A stretch of DNA of 62,877 bases, filler included, from Dimargaris cristalligena (GCA_003614675.1; 3 parts of 3 records of this genome joined end to end with filler, not necessarily neighbours in it); one strand, 5' to 3'. Positions 47,201 through 60,774 are shown, numbered from the whole stretch's first letter. Numbers and translations: made by a program. Notes: a model not told the origin generated them from the sequence alone.

Positions 47201-50103
47201 CATGACCTCCGCAGCGATCTAATGGCGACGATAGTTGCTATTGTGGAAGCCAACGAATGGTTAATATATCTATCGTCCGCTGTTCAGTGTAAGGCCGGGA
47301 TTCTGAGGCCAATCAAGGTCGATCATAGGCCTCACATCCGGGCAAGTTGGCAAGAAGGCGGGGCAATCTATTTTTAATTGGGCGAGGGAGGGGGGGTATG
47401 GTACCGGCTAAACATTGTGCCAGGCACCTACCAACGAGAAAAGAGAGGGGGGCACCGAACCCCGAATTGGATTGCCTTCCCCCCATTGCTAACCGACTCA
47501 TAAGATCACTGCAAACATGGATACTAATCTATTCCACTGTCCGACCCACAGTCTAGACCAAGTCTGGCTTGGGTTAAAATGCAAAGAACAAAAAAAAAGC
47601 CTGTCATAATATCAAAAACGGAAACGAGTGCAAAGGAGCGCCAGTATATGAACTGGTGCCGAGATAAATGCGAATATCTTCCAATCACCGCTTACCCCTG
47701 GCTGCACTTTGCTAGACTATATTTTACTTTAGAGGTATTATGTTTCTCTATAGAAACGGAGGCTGGGGCCGAAGTGGGATTTGCATCCAACGAACTGGTA
47801 TTGATTCTCAACCGAAAACCAAGCAAGTGGATAGCTGGCCGACCATCCAAATGGAGGATGAAACACGGAGGTTTCCAATTTTTATGCCCAACATCCGGCA
47901 TCTGGTCTACCATTCATTGTCTTGGGTTTAGGTGTTAGAACAACCCCCACTATGGACAGAGGGTTAGTAATCGCTCTTGGCATTGTTCACATACAGCAAT
48001 AATGCCCAGTCGGGCAAGCATGGATGCGACTCGGTCGTTAAACCACTAAATAAATATAAAAATATATTATAGGGTCACAACTTTATGATTGCATTTAACC
48101 AAACGTGGCCGCCAATTTCGGCTGGCCGAAATATCACACTACTGACGTATGGTCCAATTCCAGTAAACCTGGGCCTGGACAAGGTGCTATCGTAGATTTC
48201 CAGGGCCAAATGACCGTTTCCATAAGGCATAGCACCTGTCATTATCTCCATGGAGTTCAATGAACCGCCCCCCTACTCCACTAGCCCCTATTGACCGACC
48301 CGTCACCAGTGTATTTCCCTCTCAGCCTAAACATGGTTTTAAACGTTCGCGTACCAGGTATGGTTATGATCGACACGCTGACCTTTGGGATATGGTCAAA
48401 TGTAGATTCCATCTTAGTGGTATGGGGGATAGTACTCCCATCCCTTTGTGCATCCTGGGTGCTGCGATGGATGCCACGCCGACTTTGCCCCTTTTGGGAT
48501 AAGGGCAATATCGGTATTCTGTATCAGGTACAGGTAATTAACTAGAACCTGGGCCTAGGTGTTAAAACGTTTCATGGCAAAAAAACAGTATGAAGTGACT
48601 CTTCCATTGGGTTGGCAGGCAAGTATACATTAGGCCGGCCGAAGCAGCTATTCCCCCCCCCCTATATTTGTATGTATTCAAAAACTGGACTCAATAACCG
48701 AGGGGTAAGTTGGGCGAGTAGGAAAGATACACCCCACCCACCACCGACTGTGGACCATAGTAGTCTGAAATACAGCAGCCGCGATGCTCTTGTAGTCAGT
48801 TGACATCAAACCATTTCACGTTCGGGGTGAAATCAAGACTAATGTCAGTGGAGTTGGGATGGACAGTGAGAAGGGGGCATCATTAATGAGCCGCAAAGCG
48901 AATGACAAATGGCAGTGGAGGGGAGTGAACCTGGCAGGCGACATTTGCGGGACTATATTTATACATATTAGTCTTGGGATAGAGGGGAAGAAGACGTAGG
49001 TCGATCCCCTGTCATTCACCCATGATGTATAGGCAACGGGCTGAGAGTCCCCCTCACACGCTAAAAATGGCCCAGCTCAAGCTGCTGCCAAATAGTTTAT
49101 AATCTAGTAATGGGGCAAGGCGGGTGATGGAGAGTGGGAGGGTTGTATGTCGAAGGTGATTGATCCAGGACAATTCCCGAGCCGGGTAACTCGGCAGTTA
49201 ATTTGCGGTGCGTCCCGCAAGGCGGCCCAATCATTCTGGACCATTTGCCCGGTTCTTTGAAGCCATTGCCAGGGGGTGGTTCCGCCCGTCCTCTCTACCT
49301 TGGGGACCATTCGCCAGGCCATACCACACGATTCACGCGCCCCTATAATATATATCTGTCATTGGCCTGAAACACGCCGTGATTTGGTGGCAGCCTGCGT
49401 TGTCGGGATCGCCGTTTCTTTCATCCGTCCTTCTCGTTCACTGACTGTCAACTTAGGCATGATATTGAATACCACAGCTGTTGCTGTCTATAACTGTTTC
49501 TCCTCTGGTTGGCCCTATTCTCACGGAAGTTCCTTTCCTTTATTATCCGCCATAGCATTATACCTCGGTCCCCCCCCACACTCTTCTCCTATTATTTATT
49601 ACTCTCCCTCTCACCCCCTCCTCCTCCACTCCAACCTGATAGGGCGGCCATCCCTAGCCATATCCATATCTATACACCAGCGACCATGATCGCCATGGGT
49701 CGCGCGGCTGTTCCTGGCAAGCCTCTATCGGGTTATAAATACGCCCCCAAGGCCCTGAATAATGGAATCGGCTTTTCGCTTTTACTATCCATACCCTTGG
49801 TTGGGTACTTATTCGATTTTACAATACCTATATAATACCTCTACGTACATGTGAGCAGTGTGTGCGCCATTCTCTAATGGGATTGTCGCTTTGACAGCGT
49901 GAGTTGGCATTATTTTATTCGTAACAGCCTCTCATTCCTATATTATTAACAATATCAGTTTCAAAATCCAACAAACGGGCCAATGCGATGCCTGGATAGC
50001 ACTTCCCTTTCTCTGCCTATTTTTTATATATCTAGGATATATGCGCATAGATTCACATTTACTCTTGTTTACCGGGTCTGGCTCTTTTAAATATATTGAT
50101 TCT

Positions 50104-50105
<2 letters not shown>

Positions 50106-50139
<34 letters not shown>
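50106..50139. repeat. (TA)n microsatellite upstream of the Zn2Cys6 gene
   Basis: Perfect dinucleotide run. Confidence 0.9.
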
Positions 50140-50141
<2 letters not shown>

Positions 50142-50714
50142 ATCTATCGTTCCTCCTTAAAGTGTCCGAAGCCCTCCTCTTGCACTCTCTCAACTCTTTG
50201 GATTATAATATTGATATATACCATTATTTCACCTCGGTTGTGCGAGATCCCCCCTTTTTTTAGAACTGAGCATACATTGATATCCAGTGCCGTTTAATCG
50301 AGTCAACTCTACTTAGTTCCACCGCTCGTGTATTACCCTTCCTCACTTACTCATTGCCGGAAAATACTATTACGACCTAGCCAGACTTTAAGGTCGCACC
50401 ATCTACCTTGACTAACTGCGAGACACTGGCTAACCTCAGTTTGGTAGCAGTGATCCCTTCTCGATCCCATCACCCATTGCCTCATTGGCGAGTCTTTCTT
50501 GGCGCATACTCGCCAACCCTTCTGCCCAGTCCATCTCCTTCTTTGCCCTTCCTTTACGCGCCCCAACCGTTGAGGCACGCCTCACCCCTCTCTACTGGTC
50601 GAGTAGAGTCCCACTTTTTCTAACTGGCGCAGCCCATACAGAACACACCTCTGTTTACGACCACTGCTGGTCCCCGTGGTATATTGCCTACTGCCTAGGA
50701 GGTCCATTGGTCAA

Positions 50715-53141
50715 ATGGCCCAAAACAAGCCTCCTAAACTTCGGCGCGCCTGTGACCGCTGTACCGAAAAGAAGATCAAATGCGATAATCAGCGGCCATG
50801 CGCCGGGTGCATCCGAAAGAACACCCCCTGTCACTATAGTCCAGCCTACAAATCAACCCTCAAAACCATCAAGGTATCCCAGGTGAACCCGGGGTTTAAT
50901 GTCCTGATTCAAACCACCACGTCCCTGCAGGACTCTGTCCCTTCTCTGGCCGCCCAGCCGGAATCCTCCGGCCTAAGGCCTTCGCCGCCCCCAATATTAG
51001 CCCAGAGAGCGGATCTCGGCAGCCACAACTCCCTTTCTCCCCCAGTCATGGGGAGCTCCCCTAATTATCGGTTTCAACACTATGGGCTGCAAAACCAAAG
51101 ATCCCTCGATGCCAGCTATGCCCCAGGGGAATACCACAATCTCGCACTTGATGGCGACCGTTCATCCCCACCCCCCGCCCAGATCATGGCTCTCATTGAG
51201 CGTATCAATGGGCTGGATCTCGCCGCTCCACTTACCACTCCAAACGATCTATTATACCACCCGGAACTGGCCCGCCACGCCATATCCAAATACTACCACC
51301 TTAACTTCCGCTCCGGCGCCAGTCTTTTTTTTGATCACTTTTGGTACTTGGCCAAGCGCAATCAAATACCCCACATTGTATATAACTCTATATTGGCGTG
51401 TAGTATCCGGCACAATTTGGATCTACATAAACTTTCGCACATTCAAGTTCGTAACGTGGTAAGCCCATACATCAGGCGTGCTGAAGATGACCTCATCAAG
51501 TGCAGCGATGCGCCTTCCTTAGAACACCTGGCAGCCATCCATGATTTAATGAGTTGTATATTGTCCAACGGCGACCAAACTCAATACAACGCCTACTCAG
51601 GTAAGACCGATACTGCTTTAATCGAATCGAATCGCGCAGTCTATTTCTATTTTCTCAACGACTCCTCGTTATTAGTGCTGTTTAAAGGCACCTCTATGTA
51701 CTATCTGAGGGCATCATTATGTTATTTAGTCTGTCCAACTTCACAATTTGCCACGCAGTTCCAATGGTGCCACGCCGTCTAAACAACGCGTGTATATATT
51801 GTTATGTATATCCTTCCAATTATATGTGCCCTTTTTGAACCCCCCTTCCCCAATTCCATCATCATTATTTAATTCAGGATTTGCTATCAAGTAAGTCTGC
51901 AATATTGCTACATAAGTTGTACATCAAAAGCCCCATTTTGTACTTTACACGCATATAAGTGGCTCTATTTTCACTCACTCATTCATTTCAGCTATTTAAC
52001 AACCATACGCCCCCCCATTCTGAAATCTCGAACCTTTCTAATTTACTGTTTATCTTACCTATTTAGAATGGCAACCGCACTCAATCTTCGGGCCACCGAT
52101 TCACCGCCGCCCTCCGAGCCCGAACCACCTATTGTGGCTCTTAACCGGGAAATTCGCCGTTCTTTGTATTGGACAATGGTACATAGCAGAAGCCTCATTT
52201 CCCTATTTTCGCTTATTCCGCTTCAGGTCGGCCTGCCCTCCGACGGAGTTCAATTTGTCAACCTTCGTCGCCTAGAATCCCTGGCCCGTACATGCCTAAC
52301 GAGTGGGCAGGATTGGTCGACTATTGCGCCTGTCATCCCCACCACACCCTGCAGCATCTTTAATTGCCCCGAGTCGGAGCAATTGATGGGTCTCATGGGA
52401 CTAGTGGTCGAATTCATTCGGAAACGGTATAGTTGCCGACTCGTTTCCCCTGCGGAGGAATGTGCAAAGGTAGAAGAGACGCTTATTCGCTGGTATGAAC
52501 AGATCACCCCGCTCTACGCCCTGCCCACTTGGGAGCAGGCCCGCCAGCTCGCAGTAGCGCATCCCCACCACCTGGCCGATATTATCCAGCTTCATGCGCT
52601 TTACTACTGTACATACATATTTATCTTTATGTCCCACCCATTTTCCTCCCGTGTGAGTCCGATGGACCATGCCCTACCCGACCCCCAATCGCCACCCACC
52701 CATGGTACCAGGGTCACTCCTATCTCTGGGCAATATTGTAGCTATAATAACCCCTTGCCCTCCGGTGCCGACCAACCGTGGTGTCCCCCCAAACCCTGCG
52801 ACCCTGAAGCCCTTGGTGTCGAGCTTGACTTCCCGGGCCGTGGGATTAAAGTGGCCCAGCGCTTCTACCACGAGGTTTTCCCCCTGATCCGTTTATTGTC
52901 GCCCCGGGTCATTCGTATAGGAACCGGGGTATATCTCCACTGGATTATTTTGATATTCACCCAGGCCTGTTCTTCCAAACCCGCCCCAACGGAATCGACG
53001 TTGTCCTCCTTCCGTCGGGCTATTGAGGAAATGTCGGCGGTATTGGAATCCCTGGGCTGCTACTGGCCTAATCAAAATATTAAACTCTTGCCGATTTTCA
53101 GTTACAACGGGGCTTTTACCCCTTCACCCAAGCGAAAATAG
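50715..53141 (+). CDS. Zn(II)2Cys6 transcription factor with fungal-specific TF middle domain, ~657 aa; exons 50715-51600, 51878-51890, 52067-53141
   Basis: ACDRCTEKKIKCDNQRPCAGCIRKNTPC cluster; spliced SGFAIKMATALNL...REIRRSLYW matches the Fungal_trans GxAxRMAxxLxL...ExRRRxxW motif. Confidence 0.92.
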
Positions 53142-54428
53142 GCCGTTGTAGAGTTGGAGTGTCACCCCTACCTCGTATTTTAGATCACCATGTAACATTA
53201 CCTCTTTTTTCTCCAACCGCATATTTCCATGTTAATCCTGCTATTCTATTTCAATGGTGCATTAATTAAGTAGTTCTCGGACGGCGAGGGTGCATGTGCA
53301 TTACCTTGGTAGGGGGGGGGATTACCGGTACTTTGTCTAATCCCCCGACCTGCCGCGGGGAGGAGGGGGGGTATGCATCCAGCCATTCCTTGCCTTGATA
53401 GTCGTAATATAATCCCACATATAGCACAATGAACGTAAGGGGTAGTCGTCCCCTTTACCTGGCGCTAGGTTGCTTATATATCGCTTAATCGTATTCCATT
53501 GGAGTGGGTAGAGGGTATTATTAATCCCTGACCCTTAGTTAAATTTCGGAATATAGTATTGTAATAACAGGGATCTCCCTCTTTTCTTGGAGCGCTTGAG
53601 CCAAAGGGGGGCTTAGATTTGCACATTATACCTGGTGCTATACTGATGGTTAGGCTCACACGCCAATTAACGAACGCTGATCAACTGCCTGAAACGGATA
53701 ATTGTGCGCGGTGGAGTTAGTTTACTTTGCTTTTGTGATGTGAAAAGGCATCAGTGACAAGGGCAATCCAGCCAAACACACATGTACGCCGACTTAGCGA
53801 TACCCTTGCCTAATAGGGGTACACTATAATTGTACTCCGATAGACAATTGCGACCATAGCGAATGAAACGTAGTATTTACTGCTGCCAGGGAGGTTTGTT
53901 GCCTCCTTAACCAAGGTAAGGTCCGTTCTCTCCTTCTACTAGCCCCCTCCGCTCGCTTATTCCCCCCCTACCTTTACTCCTTTTCTCCCTACCTCTCGAG
54001 TCAACCCACCCTACTTTGGTTTCCTTTAGGGATTAACTAATTGTATCCCCCTCCTATCTCTTTGCTGCCTTCTATTAGTACTTCACCCGATATCCTTATA
54101 GTTCGAACACCCCTCGCTTTCCATTGCGGAGAAATCCCCCCCGCGACTGCCTACCCGCCTATTGTTGCCTTTTCGCTTCGGCTCCGATAGAATCCCACTC
54201 CGAGCGGCTTGGCAGCTCTTTAGTAATACCCCGGTCAATAAACCTGGCGGCTTTTCCTTATCTCGGTCATCCTCCGCTGTTTCTCTTTGTTCACATTTAC
54301 CCCTTGGACCATCCTTGGAAAGACTCCCCCCAATTTTCTTCTCGCCATTCCCAACTCCCCATCACCCAACTCATTTAGTGGAGCTTTGTGTTTTTATTTA
54401 TAGGCATTGCTAGTTGCGATTTTTCAGT

Positions 54429-57013
54429 ATGGCGGCCAAGAATCCGGTATTAAACCCGGCTGCTTCCGGCTCGATGGATGAATCCCGATTCCAGGACATG
54501 GTGCTCAAGGTAAGTCTAATGCCTACTCTTGACAACTTTTCAAACGACACAGAGCGCATATTTATATATATATAATATCCTTTACGCATACTCAAAGTAT
54601 ACTTAGCCAATAAAAGCACACTCACCATTATTTACCTATCCCCTCTACTGGGCTTATTTGTGACTCCGGAATCGACTTAAATCTAACAGTTGGCTTTATC
54701 CCTATATAACATTACTTACTCCCGCAAATAGTTCCAAGAGCGAATTGAAAATCTCCAGGAAGAGAATAGCCAGCTATTAGAAGACCAAGCCAATAAAACC
54801 AAGGTGAGTGGCGGATATACCGATTTAGTAGTGGGTTGTACTCGAAAACATCGGTTGGCAGGTTAACCGCGGGCTAATACTCAATCGTGCAATACGGGAA
54901 ACTAATCTATTGCCTCTTCAATGTAATACCCCCCTGTGTATTCCTAAAATACCTCCTATACATCGGTACCCTCTTTCAGAAAATCCGGTTTTTCCAACAG
55001 GAGGTGTTCGACTCCCGCCAGCAGTATAGCCGGATGGAAAACGAATTCTTCCTCAAAGCCACAGAAATTGAGAAGATCCAGAAGGAAATGGGTAACCTCA
55101 CTCGGGTTCGCCGTGATCTGGCCGACCGTCTTCGGAAGGAGACCCTGCAGTTTGAAAAGGAACGCCAGGAATGGCAGGACCGGGAACTGGAATTGAGCGG
55201 ACAGATCAAACGCCAGGCTTTTGACCGCCGACGATTCACCGTCTCGGGTCCACCCAAGAACCAAGCAGCGACTAATGAGCGGGTGCTGGATGTTTTAGCC
55301 GAAGCCACGGGGGATTCCGGCGACCCACTCCCGAGTAGCGGCGCCTCTTCCCTCACCGATATGGACCGCGATCGCCAGTCGGCCATCCATAGCCGCACCA
55401 TCCGGGCCCAGGATAAACTCGTGCAAGAGCTGCGGGGGGATGTGACTAACCTACAAAGGGGGAAGGTCCAACTCCAGGAGTATCTGGACCAACAGGCGCT
55501 CCGGGTACTGCAACTCGAGAACGAAGCCGGTCAGCTCCGCCAAGTCAACCAATCTCTAATGGAGGACAACGAGTCGTACCAACGGCTGCTACACGAGAAG
55601 ACCATGGACGGCAGCTTTAACTTGGGCGCCTTGGGGTACGACCACTCCAACAGCCAGGACGGTTTGGCCAACCTTGCCGCCGAACTCAGCCCCACGGACC
55701 AAGGCCCAGGATCCCCTGGCCTCTACCCCCAGAGTGCGGGACTGGGTATGGACTTGGCTGCCGAACTGGACCGGGCCTTCATCACTTCTCCGGTCCCAGA
55801 CGATCACCACATTAAGCAACTCAAGCAAAAGGACGATAAGATCGATAAGCTCAAGGCCGATATTAAAAATCTAGAGAAGGAGGTCAAGTCGCACAAGGAC
55901 GAAAGTAAGGCACTTAGCCTGTATATTAACAAGATTCTGAGCCGCATCATGAACAGTGGTATGCTACAGCAGGTTCTGGCCCAGGATTACGCGGGCTCCC
56001 GTAGTCCACCCACTGCGGCCGGGGTGCCTGCCGATCCTACTCCCGACATCCCTGTTGCTGACCATCCTTCAGGCTCGGCTTCAGCGGGCCCTGGTATGGG
56101 CCGGGCTCGCGCCGTCACCATGGCCGATAGGAACACCCCTCGGAATAATTACCTGAGTGGTGACGACGATGACGACGAAGACGACGGCCTGGACGCCATG
56201 ACACGGGCGGCCCGGACCGCGGCCCGCATTCGGGCCCAGAAGGAACAACGGCGCATGTCCGTGGATCAATCCAAGCTACTGGGGACAACCGCCGGAGCCT
56301 CCACCACTGGTGGACCCCCCCAGCTAACCCAGCGACCGGGCCGCTCCAATACTGTAGCCGGCCACCGACCACCCGCCATTCAAACGCAGCGCCAGGAAGG
56401 GGGCGGCGGCCAGGGGTTCCGCTCCGTATTTTCCCTCCTATCGCCCCGGGCCCCACCGCCCCCACCCAGCACCACAGGTGAGAACCCCCCTCCATCGCCG
56501 CCCCCGCCTCCACCTAAGTTTACCCACATGACCCCCGAGACGGCCGCTGCCTCATGGGGCCGCACCATAGAAGAGGACGACGAAACAGACCACGTCGCCA
56601 CGGGAGGGGCTGCGGCGGAGCGGGCTGACGATGTCTTCCACAGCAATCGCCATTCTTCCACTTCCTCATCATACAATCGGGCGTCGATTCAACGACGGGC
56701 AACCACTATTATGTTCACCAGTCCAAAGCCGGAACAGGCTGCTCTTGCAGCTGGATCCAACAACGAGGGGCTATCCGAAGGGTCTTTTGTGGGCGGGAAC
56801 GGACATAGTAATGGAAGTGGCGAAGTGAGCGACTCTCCTCGCCAGCGCCAAATGCGCCGGCATAATTCAGTCAGTACACCCAACCAGCCCCGCATCGATG
56901 CTATACGACAGGGGGACGGCGGTATGGTGGGATCGGATAATAACCCCGACAATTCCTCGGGCTGGAAAGCGGCCTGGAAACGGATGAGCTCGGCGTCACC
57001 CTGGAAGTCTTAG
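54429..57013 (+). CDS. Long coiled-coil protein with Rab11-FIP3/4-like segment, ~728 aa; exons 54429-54509, 54732-54803, 54980-57013
   Basis: Two phase-0 GT..AG introns; heptad-rich N-half; LRQVNQSLMEDNE...LAAEL...ALSLYINKILSRIM; disordered Pro/Ser-rich tail. Gene structure is solid, family call is tentative. Confidence 0.8.
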
Positions 57014-57933
57014 GGACTCGGGACAACATGGAGGCCAGTCAGCATGGTGGTACATTTGTTGCCCTCTTCATTGCCATTCCACACCGCCACTTCCATTCCC
57101 GCCGTGTGCTACTTTGTCTATTATCATGGACCTCCCCTCCACTCGTCCCTGCATTCGTTAGGTTAGATAATACGAGCTACAGGGCACATCATGCACTTCT
57201 CGACTATTATTCTCAAACATCATTTTTGTCATTTTACCTCTTGCTAATATCATATAATTTATCTGGACTCTTTCTTTGGTATCCTTGAACTATCATTTAT
57301 CTGTCATCTTTTTTCATTATTACTACCAATGGGGTTGTGTTTCTGTTATAAACCGAATATCATCTATTTCTTGTACTTGCCAATTATAAGTCGACGATGC
57401 CCCCTCGTCCAGTGATATTAATGTACGCTGTTGTTTGACCATAGCTATTTACCACATCAGGGTCATCCAAGACTAGCCAATGAGGGGAAATCACCCAATA
57501 CATCCAACGCTGGCATCCTACATAGTACCGTTTGGTCTGTGACCGCCGCTGGAATAAAGTGATTAGGGTTTGACCAGAAACATAATGGACCTTTAAAATA
57601 CCGTGTGAATAGCAGCATGTCCAGGCATTCTGGCGACTATCAAGGCCAATAAGAATCGATATCGATACCAATATTTTATTAATAATATATATATATATGT
57701 ATGGTTCTTAGCATTCCACATGAACAAATCATGGCACTCGCACCTGCTAAATATCAAGCAATATTCTAATATATTATATCCAACAAGTTAAGTAAATTAT
57801 ATAAAAACATTTTTCAAAACTATATAGTGGTCGAAGGAAGGAGCACGGGCCTTCCAATGGACTCATACCATAGCACTCTAAACCGATGGCGGTATACGAG
57901 GGAGGGTACAGAGAGGGGAGAAGAACCAATTTG

Positions 57934-59966
57934 TTAGTTTGGTGCTATATTATTCCAGTGCTGAATTCGGTCCTGAACCGACCCGCCGGCGGGGTTGGGT
58001 AAATTGGCTGGCCGGGGAGGCTCTACCCCGTCGCTTACGGGCTTCGGCCCGTTGGACGAAGAGGAGGATACCAGCGCCGCCTGCGCCCGGGCCGCTCTGG
58101 CTAGTTGCAAATCAATTAGCCATTGGGGTTGCTTGGACTGGGTCACCACTGGAAGGGTTGGTGGGGTTGTGGTAGAGACGGAGGTGAAGGGGCCCATGGT
58201 GGCAGGGTCTGAACTATTAGGAGTCAAGTTCATACGGTTTCCAAGTCCGGAAGAGCCGGCGAGAGCCGAGGGGTGTCTAGCCGTCGAAGTAGAAGTGGTG
58301 GTGGTGGTGGTTAAATAGCTGGAGTAGTTTAATTGGCTCACTGGTTTGGCCCAGGGCGCCGGTGCTGGTCCGTTGACCAGTTTGCGGTATTTTTTTAAGG
58401 CATCTTCTTGGGTGAATAGGGTTGGATCAGTCACCATATAGTAGAGGTCCTTCGGTTGGGACTCGTTGGTAAAGGTGTAATCGCCAGGCTGTCCAAGTAT
58501 ATGTTTAGGAAAAGGGGCGAGCAAATTGACAAAGTCCAGGGGATCCAGGGGATTCTGGTAGCCTTGGCGATCAAACCAGTCGAGGGCCCGTTTCGCGATA
58601 CTCGAAGCCTCAAGTTCATTAGGTATCGTAGGTTTCACGGCTGGGCGCAGGAGGGCGGCCGCTTCGTAGCGCTTCCACTGCAGGGCCATGAGGAAAAGGC
58701 CCAACATCTCCAGGGCATCCCACGTACGCGCCTCCAAAGCGCGGACCGAATTCTCATTCTGGATAGCAGCGTCCAACAGCAAAAATTCGTCCAGGGCAAT
58801 CACGTCATTGACCAGAATAGCCGCGCGGATACAGTCGGTCAGAATCATAAACCCCGTCACTTCGGCAATTTTGTCTGCTTCCCCCTCGCCGAGATTAAAG
58901 CCATCGGCCAGGGATTGCCACCGGGCGTGGGCAATATCCACGGCAAGGCCACTTCGGCCTTCGTACACGAGCAGGGGGGAGAGGAACTGGAGGCGAATAT
59001 CGTCGTCTTCGAGGTCCGGGATGGGGATAATCTTTTTGGTAATAAAGGCCTTAGTGTCCGTCCGGCCAGTCGAGTCGAACTGTTGGGTAGGGACAAAAAA
59101 TTGCCAGTCGAAACAGTAAATCAGTTGTATCATTTTATCCAGGGGCCCGGTCTGAAGGAGCTTACGCAGGGACTCGTAGACTTTGGAATCCTGGACTCGG
59201 CTCAGGTATTGTCCAAACACCGCTTCGGACTGGGCGAGGCCATGGACGAGGTTTCGCCGTTGATAGAAAGTTGCAGATACGATGGCAAGTATAGAGGCAG
59301 ACGGTCCGAATAAGGGTTTTAAAAATAAGTACATACAAAAGAGGAGGCGGTTGAGAGGATTGCCATTAAATAGTCCAGAAATACTAGGTAATGAACCAAG
59401 TATGGTCCAACATGAGCCGGACAGGTTTTTAGCATCGAAACCATTTTCCTCCTCCAATCTTAAGACCAGATAATAGCCCAGAGCCACTGGTCAAACCGAA
59501 CCCTTTACCCATCCTCCGTTAAATTTCATGAACAGCTGGCTCTCCCTCTCTGGCCTGGAAAGTAACCCCTAATTTTTACCTCTACAATAAGTTCTTCCTC
59601 CTTTTCCGTGCGATTGTTGCGGTCGAGACTTATCACCTGCGGTAGCCTTAAGAGTTCTATAACCGGTGCAAGAACGTCGGGGAGGTTAAGCGTGTCTACA
59701 GGAAATGCGTATTGGTCACCGTACTCCAATAAGCCGACTTCATCATCGTTGGCCACCTCGGAACCGGCATAGAAAACCCCGCTCGAAAAGGGGCGGCCAT
59801 TCGAATCCGAAAGCGCTTCATCATAGGATGGCAACGCCTTCCCTTCGTTATAGCTGGGGGGATCCACGGAATAGGCGGGGGGCGGAGGCGTTTCACCAGT
59901 AGTGCGCAAAGCACCCTGCAATACCCAAAGGCTAATTAGCCAGATACCGTAGGTGTATTTGGCCAT
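57934..59966 (-). CDS. Predicted secreted orphan protein with three N-terminal PY motifs; simplest model exons 59966-59580 and 59229-57934 (splice sites uncertain)
   Basis: Hydrophobic N-terminus MAKYTYGIWLISLWVLQGALRTTG followed by PPAY, PPSY, LPSY; donor GAG|gtaaaa and an in-frame acceptor cccag|TCC; long downstream ORF with coding-like composition. Confidence 0.7.
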
Positions 59967-60774
59967 AGGGAAGAAGTATAAGCGGGTAAGGGACTACTTA
60001 TAGTGGAGGATATAATGAGTAGGTAGGGGCCGAACGCCAGATAACCGGATAATTTCCGTGGTGGTTTAAAATAATAGCCAAGCAGCAATGGGGAATCATC
60101 CGCTTAATAAAGTAAGGGTAGGCCTAGAGAAAAATGGCGAAATAAAAGACCATTGGTATCAGCGAAAATATCTACCACAACAAACGGATACAGAACAGTA
60201 AGTTTGAGAATTTTATGTATGTTGCTACCCAGGCAAGGATGTCTTTAATATATGCTCACGAAGGACTCGGCAGAAATAAGAGGTACCAAGCAGCGGACCT
60301 TTTAAAATGACAAAAATAAATATATTATAATATGGGCCGGAATGATATAAAGGCAAGATAAAGCCTTGTTGTAAAGTTATTGTCTGGTATCAAGGTGAGA
60401 ACAGGCGACCTCTCTGCTATTTAAATACCATAATTCACTGGCCTTTTCCGCAATATCTGGCTGGTGCTGAGCCCCCCTCTCTCTATATCTCTCTGGTGGG
60501 ATAAATTAAATTAGGCCCTGGTGAGCATTGCATCCAATCATTTCACTGAGGGCAAATATACCCGTGTCTGAGTTAAGGCAGCTAATACGTCTCTACCCCC
60601 ATTTCTTCCACCCGATACTCACCAACCACCTCCGTCGACCAGCCCCTTTAGGAATTGTCGGAAATTCTAATTATTCGCAACTAACGACTTGTGTAGCCCA
60701 ATTATAGACCTGAATGGGTCTAGTCTTCCCGATACCGCATCGACCTATCCTATCACCAACCCACCTCTTTTATA

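Noticed and set aside
58456..59313. 285-aa plus-strand ORF and similar antisense ORFs over GET2, SPT23, GH5 and CLP1
   Set aside because: Shadow frames of GC-rich real genes on the opposite strand.
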